DNA of 64,000 bases from Candidatus Magasanikbacteria bacterium GW2011_GWA2_56_11 (GTDB lineage: Bacteria > Patescibacteriota > Patescibacteriia > Magasanikbacterales > UBA922): contig LCRX01000004.1 of NCBI GenBank assembly GCA_001004885.1, forward strand, positions 11,178 to 75,177. Reading direction: 5' to 3'. Each line of letters opens with the position of its first letter. Position 1 is the stretch's first letter. This document shows, in pieces, positions 57,895 through 64,000 of the stretch. Both the position numbers and the translations under genes were made by a program. The notes beneath the pieces are model-generated. The model searched no databases, was not told the DNA's origin, and saw only the letters and a list, made by a program, of their open reading frames with translations.

Positions 57895-58599
57895 ATGCCC
57901 GCCGCGACCCCCCCCATCAACCATACCGTTTCCATCTTCGAGCGTCTGTACGCCAACTTGCCGCCCCTGGTACCCCAGGCGGTAGTTGAAGATATGGGGC
58001 GCGCGCTCGAGCAGGTAAAAGCCGACCAGGAGCTCTCGACCGAGGAGCTCGAAGACGTCATGATCGCCTTTGGCAAAAAAGTCTGGCCGTACATCCAGGC
58101 GTTTGAAGAATTTTACCAGGTTTACGAGAATCAGCTCGGCGAAAAACTGCTGCGGCAGCGCTCCTCGCCGGCGCTTCAGCGTTCGTACCAGCTGTTTAAA
58201 GAAATGGGCGGAACCTGGCGCGATCTCTATGCCGGATCCATGGCACACGTGTTCGGCCATGAAGAACGCACGGAACTTGGGCAGGTATTGGTGGACATTA
58301 AGTGCGATATCCGCGCCTTTGCTTTTCAGGCCGTAACAGCGACCGATCGCGCTGCCTATGAAACGCGGATTCGCGAGTTCGCGCGCATCGCCGACGATAT
58401 CTCCGACCGGCTCACCGCTCTTGAGGGACTGGCCGCCGCCGAGCAGGAACATCCCAGTCTGGCGGCCGAAATTCGGGCCCAGGTTCGGGCCTTTGAGTAC
58501 GGTTTGGCCTTTCTCGGCCCCAAAGTAGACTACCAGGCCGTCTGTTCGGCGCCGGAGCACTTCCAAGGACGCCGTCTGGAGTTAAAAATCCGGGTTTAA
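57895..58599 (+). CDS. Hypothetical helical protein (paralogue of the next gene)
   Basis: WPY..A.EEF, F...GG, AEI...E.G.A.L shared with 58634-59317. Confidence 0.8.
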   Translation: MPAATPPINHTVSIFERLYANLPPLVPQAVVEDMGRALEQVKADQELSTEELEDVMIAFGKKVWPYIQAFEEFYQVYENQLGEKLLRQRSSPALQRSYQLFKEMGGTWRDLYAGSMAHVFGHEERTELGQVLVDIKCDIRAFAFQAVTATDRAAYETRIREFARIADDISDRLTALEGLAAAEQEHPSLAAEIRAQVRAFEYGLAFLGPKVDYQAVCSAPEHFQGRRLELKIRV

Positions 58600-58633
58600 C
58601 CGGCTGGCGGAGTTGTCTTTGATTGTAAATTTT

Positions 58634-59317
58634 ATGGTTACGGCCACTCTTCAATTATTCCGTCTATTGCTTGACCGCCACCCTGTCGGTTTGGCGCCAG
58701 AGGCAGTCGAGCGCGGAGAGGCCGCTTACGCCGCTGCGCTGGCCTCTCAGTCGCGGTCGGACTCCGGCATCGAAAAAAGTCTGATAGAGTACGGCCTGGC
58801 CGCTTGGCCCTACTTTCAGGCGCAGGAGGAGTTTAGGAACCGCTATGGCCAGGACAGGGAACGCGTATTGCTCTACGAGCTTTTGCCCGTGGATTTGCGA
58901 GAAAAATGGCGGCATTTCGAGGCCAAGGGCGGCAGTCTTCACGATTACCGGCATGGCAACATTGTCGAGCAGTTTTTTTCGCCCGAGGAGGACGTGCAGA
59001 TAGAAAACGCCTTGGTGGAAGCCGGGCTCCGGGTTCGGGATTATTGCCGCGAGCTGGCCTTGGGAGAGAAACAGGCCGAGTACGAAGAGCGCGTAAAGAT
59101 ATATCAGGCCGAGGAGACGGCCATACAGGAGTTAATCGCGCAGTTGCGCGGTCTATGCGACGAGAGCGGCAAATGGAGCGCGGAGATTGCGGACGAGGCG
59201 CTCGCGCTCGAACGCGGATTCGCCGAACTGGAGGAGAGACCTACCTTACGCCGGGCGCAAGAAAAAATTGAGTACTACCGGAGTCATTTGCAGACTTTCA
59301 GCGCCAGCAGCGACTAA
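58634..59317 (+). CDS. Hypothetical helical protein (paralogue of the previous gene)
   Basis: Same shared motifs and similar length. Confidence 0.8.
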   Translation: MVTATLQLFRLLLDRHPVGLAPEAVERGEAAYAAALASQSRSDSGIEKSLIEYGLAAWPYFQAQEEFRNRYGQDRERVLLYELLPVDLREKWRHFEAKGGSLHDYRHGNIVEQFFSPEEDVQIENALVEAGLRVRDYCRELALGEKQAEYEERVKIYQAEETAIQELIAQLRGLCDESGKWSAEIADEALALERGFAELEERPTLRRAQEKIEYYRSHLQTFSASSD

Positions 59318-59349
59318 AAGAACACAAAAAAATTGAAATTAATACAATT

Positions 59350-59448
59350 GAACTCACAGTGAGTTCCCCCCTTTCGCCTCAAACATAGACTGGTTTTCAC
59401 GGCCCCAAAACTCGCTCTTACAGGCTCAGACATTGGTGCCGTAAAAAT
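59350..59448 (+). mobile_element. MITE-like repeat, copy 6, truncated on the right and overlapping the pfkB 3' end
   Basis: First 99 bp match the repeat and stop abruptly at GTAAAAAT. Confidence 0.85.
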
Positions 59449-60404
59449 GGGGTGATCTTGGGGTGCCGGGCTATCATTCGGCGCACGTCTTTTTCGGTGA
59501 GGAGGCCGGTTTGCGCCCCCCACTGTTGGATAACGCCGCCGGCATTGGCTGTGCCCCACTGCATGGCTTCGGGGAGGGAAGACCCAGACATGTAGGCGCG
59601 CAGAAAACCGCTGGCGTAGGCGTCGCCGGCACCGGTTTTGGAAACCACCTTAACAGGGTAGCTGGGCAGGAAATAAAGGTCGTCTCCTTGGGAGGCGAAT
59701 GAGCCGCGGACGCTGTCGGTAACGACAACAGTTTTGGGTCCGAGACGGCGCACCGCGGCGCACAGGGCGCGCATAGTCCTTTTTTCGCCGGCGAGACGCT
59801 CCGCTTCTTGTTTGTTAACAATCAGAAGATCGGTCAGAGGCAGAATTTTGGCGAATTCCTCCCGGCCTTTTTTGAGCTGGTATGATCCCGGATTCACGGC
59901 CAGCTTGAGCGTGCGGTGCCGCTTTAGATACGCGGCGAGCCGTGCCTGGAGGCGTTCGAAAGATTCGCCGAGCGATGTGTAGTACAGCCACCGCGCTGCC
60001 GGCAGAGCCGGCAGGCGATAACGGCGGGCGGCATGATAGGCCAGAATGGTACGTTCTCCGCGGTAGCTCAGGACAATCGAGTAACGCGTGGTCGCGCGCG
60101 GCTGCAAAGAGACGAGGCCGGTGTCAACCCCGGCCTCTTGCAGAGCGTCGTGTATGGCGTAGCCGTTCAAGTCGTCGCCAAGCTGGGTTACAATCGCGGC
60201 GGCCAGGCCCAGCCGGCTCGCTCCGGCCGCCACATTGGCCGCGTTGCCGCCGACCGATTGCGCGGTTTCTTTGATGGGGATTTTTTCCGCGTAGTCCAAA
60301 CAGAGCTGGCAGTGTTCGCGGCGCACGTCGCACTGGAGCGTGGCGTCGTCCACGATGAGGAAAGTGTCCAAGGTGGCGTCGCCAATGGTGATAAGGTCGA
60401 ACAT
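59418..60404 (-). CDS. PfkB-family carbohydrate kinase
   Basis: GGNAANVA, NPG, VNKQEA, TGAGDAYASG. Confidence 0.92.
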   Translation of the reverse strand: MFDLITIGDATLDTFLIVDDATLQCDVRREHCQLCLDYAEKIPIKETAQSVGGNAANVAAGASRLGLAAAIVTQLGDDLNGYAIHDALQEAGVDTGLVSLQPRATTRYSIVLSYRGERTILAYHAARRYRLPALPAARWLYYTSLGESFERLQARLAAYLKRHRTLKLAVNPGSYQLKKGREEFAKILPLTDLLIVNKQEAERLAGEKRTMRALCAAVRRLGPKTVVVTDSVRGSFASQGDDLYFLPSYPVKVVSKTGAGDAYASGFLRAYMSGSSLPEAMQWGTANAGGVIQQWGAQTGLLTEKDVRRMIARHPKITPFLRHQCLSL

Positions 60405-60406
60405 AA

Positions 60407-60715
60407 TCAGCGAAGCTTTTTGTAGCGTTTTAAATCTTCGGGACTGTGCTTGTGCAAGCCAAACATTATTTCCGCGAATTCGATGAGCGAGGCCAGGCCC
60501 AGCCCGGCCATGGCGATCATAAATATTTTGTCGCCGGTAAACAGGGCATAGACAAACAGGCAGGCGGCGCCGATAAATTTGACCAGATCCTGGCGCCGTT
60601 CCTGCTCGAGAAACACTCCGTAAGTTATCATGATGGCGCCCGCGGCGGCGGCAACGTAGACTAAGGTTTCGGCCAGGGTTACGGGCAGGCGGGGCAGTAT
60701 GGATTGCAGAAGCAT
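60407..60715 (-). CDS. Small three-TM membrane protein
   Basis: Hydrophobic helices around RRQD. Confidence 0.75.
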   Translation of the reverse strand: MLLQSILPRLPVTLAETLVYVAAAAGAIMITYGVFLEQERRQDLVKFIGAACLFVYALFTGDKIFMIAMAGLGLASLIEFAEIMFGLHKHSPEDLKRYKKLR

Positions 60716-60746
60716 AAGTTCGAAATGAGGCTAAAATTTAGGCAAT

Positions 60747-60968
60747 TCAAGTTCGTGGTTTGCGAACCAGCTCGTAAATACTGGCCGAGGTAAAGATAAC
60801 TTGCAGCGGAATGAAAATAGGATCCCGAAGATAGGCGCTGTAAGCCAGGAGGCACAGGCCGCCGGCCAAAAAAAGCGTGTTTTGCCGGCGGTGATTTTTG
60901 TTTACCACCCCCCCCGAAATGAGGATAAGACCCAGGGCCGCGAGGCCGCGGAAAAATATAAGAGGCAT
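60747..60968 (-). CDS. Small three-TM membrane protein, similar to its neighbour
   Basis: RRQN..F..GG.CL..YS...D.IF pattern parallels the adjacent gene. Confidence 0.7.
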   Translation of the reverse strand: MPLIFFRGLAALGLILISGGVVNKNHRRQNTLFLAGGLCLLAYSAYLRDPIFIPLQVIFTSASIYELVRKPRT

Positions 60969-61037
60969 ACAGGTACGATCTAAGTATAGCAGCAACCAAT
61001 GGGTTTGTCAGCCCGACTTTGGTATACTTTCTTCCGT

Positions 61038-62390
61038 ATGAGAAAAGATTTTGCCTGGCGCCTGGGGGCGGCCCTATTGGGGGTATTTTTCTTCGCGGTC
61101 TACTGGTGGAATGCGTGGCACTACAACGTGTGGTCGAGCTACGATGGCGGCGGGCACATTGATTACATTTTTGATCTGGCCGCCGGACAGGGGCTGCCCC
61201 GGCCAAAGAGTAATTATCTGGCCTGGCACGAGCCGGCATATTACGCCGCCAACGCCGTTTTGGTGCGCGTCCTCCAGCCGCTCGGCCTGTCGCGAGAGGC
61301 GCTGTACAAGATTTTGCAGCTGGAGAGTGCCGTCTTTGCGTGGGCGATAGCCGCGGCGGCCGGTGTCCTGGCTTGGCAGACAACCCGCCGGCGCTCCCTA
61401 GCGTTCTTCGTGGCGGTATTTACCGGGTCGCTTTTTGTGGTTTCGGCGTCCGGACGCTATATTACGAACGAAACGCTGTTCCAGGCCCTGGCGCTGTGGT
61501 GGTTGGCGTGGTTTATGCAGTGGCGTATGTGGGACACCTCTGCCTGGAGCGCCAGGCGGTGGTCGGCCCTGGCGCTCGGGCTTTCGGCGATACTATGGGT
61601 CAAGCTTTCGGGCTTTATCCTATTGGCCGCGCTCTTGATTTTCCTCGGGATTATCGCCTGGCGCGAGCGCCAGTGGCGGCCGCTCTTTGTCGGCGCAGCC
61701 GTGGCCGGGTGCGTGCTTTTGAGCTATGTTCCCTGGATGATCCATAAGCAGCGCCTGTACGGGCAAGCTTTGACGATAAACAACTACGAAGTCGCCGTCC
61801 GTCCGGGACAAGGGGCCGGTCTGCCGGCGCGATTTTTCCTCACTTGGGATACCGAAATTTGGCAACATCCGTTCTGGACTGCGGGCCGCGGCTCGTTTTG
61901 GAGCCTGCTCACGGCCAGCGCTCTTGGCGACTACGATAACATTTTCCAGAATTACGCTGTCCATGGACGCCAGGTTAATTTTGTTACTGCCAACGGCCGG
62001 ACTATGGCCGTGCAGACGGCAGCGCTGACCCTGGCGCTCTATTGGTGGTCGGTGCCTTTGCTGGCGTACCTGGCGGCCGGTTTTTTGGTCTCTTTTTGGC
62101 GGCTGCTGCGGGGACAGCTCAGCGCGGCGGCGTCTTTTTTGTTGGTAACGGCGGCCGGTTTTCTCACCGCGCTTATATATAACGTTTACCGTTATCCGTA
62201 CCTGGAGCGCGGTACGCTGAAAGCGATTTTCATCGTTTCTTTTTTTCCGCTGGCGGCTATTCTCGCCGGCGCCAGTTTGCCGCCGGCTGGGGAGCGCCCC
62301 CACCGTCGTCTGCGGTTTATCGCCGTTTTGGTATATTTTATTTTTTGGCTAGGGTTTAGCCTGAGTATTGTCATCTTGCCGGCGTTGTAA
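61038..62390 (+). CDS. GT-C (ArnT/PMT-like) polytopic glycosyltransferase
   Basis: YDGGGH..Y loop, HEPAYY, TNE, K..G; many TM helices. Confidence 0.75.
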   Translation: MRKDFAWRLGAALLGVFFFAVYWWNAWHYNVWSSYDGGGHIDYIFDLAAGQGLPRPKSNYLAWHEPAYYAANAVLVRVLQPLGLSREALYKILQLESAVFAWAIAAAAGVLAWQTTRRRSLAFFVAVFTGSLFVVSASGRYITNETLFQALALWWLAWFMQWRMWDTSAWSARRWSALALGLSAILWVKLSGFILLAALLIFLGIIAWRERQWRPLFVGAAVAGCVLLSYVPWMIHKQRLYGQALTINNYEVAVRPGQGAGLPARFFLTWDTEIWQHPFWTAGRGSFWSLLTASALGDYDNIFQNYAVHGRQVNFVTANGRTMAVQTAALTLALYWWSVPLLAYLAAGFLVSFWRLLRGQLSAAASFLLVTAAGFLTALIYNVYRYPYLERGTLKAIFIVSFFPLAAILAGASLPPAGERPHRRLRFIAVLVYFIFWLGFSLSIVILPAL

Positions 62391-63962
62391 CAGATAAAGC
62401 CGGCGGTTGGGGTTCCACCCGGGCACCGACTCGGCGCGTAAAACAGTATACGACTCGAGGGGAGACGCGCTGACTACGTACTCCTCCGTATTGTTAACAA
62501 TCAAATACCGTATCCACCACGGCGAACCGACCGGCCCCTTTTTCCTTCCTGAGGCCTGGGCTTCCCAGTAACTATGCCAGCCGTCCCATTCATAGCCGCC
62601 GTCGATCATCGCCGCCGGAGTGCCGGCAGATAGCACCGAATCGGCCAGGCGCCACCGGGTTTCATTCCACGCTAAATAGAAGGCGGTCTGGCTGAGGCTA
62701 AAGACGGCATAGAGCGCCAGCACCGCTCCCAAGGCAACATAGCCCAGAGGCCGGAATTGTTGTTCGCGCAGGCGATAGAGGACAAGCGCGGCAAGCAAGC
62801 TAAGTAAGGGCAGAAGGTAACGGTCAAAGCTTTGGAAAAGTAAGATCGGGGCCGATAGCAGCGCCAGAGACAGCCAGACGAAACGCAGTGCCGGCGGCGT
62901 TGCCCGCCGCGCGGAGAGAAATTGGACCAGCCAGCCAGCGCCCAGGGCGCCGGCGGCTGTGAGCGTTAAGCGGGCGAAATCGGTAAACAGCGGCACGAAG
63001 TCGCCGCGCAGGACACCCGCCATCGGTCCCAGGCCGAAGGCGTGAATCATATTGGGCGCGTAAGGAAAAAGCCGCTCGGTTCTAATAAATATCATCACTG
63101 CCAGAGCCAACATGACAGTACCCGCCGCCAAGGCGGGCAGTTTTTTGTCGCGAGGCCGGGCCGTGATCGCCCCCAAAATTAGCGGCAGAAAGAACAACCC
63201 GGAGTATATGAGCAGATACCAGATCCACCAGGCGCCATGGGAGAGGGCCGGGCGTATTCCGGAAATAAAGTGCAGGGAGCCTCCGGCGGGCAACAGATTT
63301 TTGGCGGCCAACCAGAGATAGACGGCTGCCCAGATCGCGAGCGGCAAGCCGAAGCCGAAGAGAATTTGGCGTCGGCTAAAGCGGTTTTGGTACCACAGCA
63401 GGGCCGCGATGCCGGCGGCGGCCAAGATCATCAGGTTGGTTTGCCGCGTGTAAAAACCCAGGACCGCGGCCAAACTGCCAACGCACAGCCAGCGGGCGCC
63501 GTCTCCGCTAAATGCGCGGTGGTAGGCGAACAGGCTGCCGGTAAGCAGGCAGAGCGCCGGGATGTCGGTCATGTAAGTGAAGGAAAGATTATACGCAATG
63601 GGGTTTAGCCAGACCAGCAGAGCGCCGATGAAAGCCAAGTCCTGGCGGCGGGTAACGCGGTGTAAAAAATAGTATGTCAGCAGAATAAGCGCCAGAGTGA
63701 AAGCCAGCGTTGTCAAGCGCAGGAGGGTAAAAGAAAAACCGCCGATTTTGGCGGCGAGCGCGCCGAGGAGTATGAGCCAGTGAAGCGTCGGCCCGGTAAA
63801 AGGGTTCATTTTGAGCTCGCCGGTTTCCACCCAGTGTCTAATCATTTCCGCGTGCACCCAGTCGTCGTTGAGAGCGAATTCGCCCGCCGGGGAGACGAAA
63901 AAAAATTGTACCGCGAAGAGTACAATTAAGAGTAAAGGGTAAGGGCGGTTGGCTGGCCGCAT
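62349..63962 (-). CDS. GT-C (ArnT/PMT-like, GT39-type) glycosyltransferase
   Basis: LNDDW, MTDIP, TRQ, FDRYLLP, GGYEW; many TM helices. Confidence 0.8.
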   Translation of the reverse strand: MRPANRPYPLLLIVLFAVQFFFVSPAGEFALNDDWVHAEMIRHWVETGELKMNPFTGPTLHWLILLGALAAKIGGFSFTLLRLTTLAFTLALILLTYYFLHRVTRRQDLAFIGALLVWLNPIAYNLSFTYMTDIPALCLLTGSLFAYHRAFSGDGARWLCVGSLAAVLGFYTRQTNLMILAAAGIAALLWYQNRFSRRQILFGFGLPLAIWAAVYLWLAAKNLLPAGGSLHFISGIRPALSHGAWWIWYLLIYSGLFFLPLILGAITARPRDKKLPALAAGTVMLALAVMIFIRTERLFPYAPNMIHAFGLGPMAGVLRGDFVPLFTDFARLTLTAAGALGAGWLVQFLSARRATPPALRFVWLSLALLSAPILLFQSFDRYLLPLLSLLAALVLYRLREQQFRPLGYVALGAVLALYAVFSLSQTAFYLAWNETRWRLADSVLSAGTPAAMIDGGYEWDGWHSYWEAQASGRKKGPVGSPWWIRYLIVNNTEEYVVSASPLESYTVLRAESVPGWNPNRRLYLLQRRQDDNTQAKP

Positions 63963-64000
63963 ATTTATGGGCAATATTACCGCTTGGCGGTTTTGGTAGG

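Noticed and set aside
1993-59448. 156-bp repeats as CRISPR repeats or integron attC sites
   Set aside because: They are dispersed rather than arrayed, too long for CRISPR, lack the RYYYAAC/GTTRRRY consensus, and no cas or intI gene is present.

Overview
Chromosomal window of a small-genome bacterium using code 11. Gene content and architecture (array of TrbC/VirB2-like pilins, pseudopilin trio, long RpsF tail, AT-rich SD-less starts) point by inference to Patescibacteria/CPR, possibly an ABY1/Magasanikbacteria-like lineage. It carries housekeeping and repair genes (nfo, xseAB, recQ, PIF1-like helicase, arfB, rpsF-ssb-rpsR, galU, xerC-like), a livKHMGF-type ABC importer with a divergent TrmB regulator, an ECF sigma module, tRNA-His and tRNA-Arg. 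Features not explained by ordinary annotation: (1) six copies of a 156-bp MITE-like element with imperfect 16-bp terminal inverted repeats, apparent 3-bp target duplications and a covarying internal hairpin; (2) 11 tandem VirB2-like pilin paralogues with variable Cys-rich domains and a 60-bp identical tract; (3) several candidate structured RNAs, including a G-U-rich rod at about 20981-21185 and a 335-nt multibranch leader with a terminator at 46104-46440; (4) a set of stand-alone, SD-led, GC3-rich orphan genes, several of which have 5' and 3' UTRs that can base-pair; (5) four clean deletions and one single-base frameshift in conserved genes, which may be assembly artefacts. No CRISPR array, rRNA, transposase or reverse transcriptase was seen. 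All protein calls come from motif recognition, not database searches.
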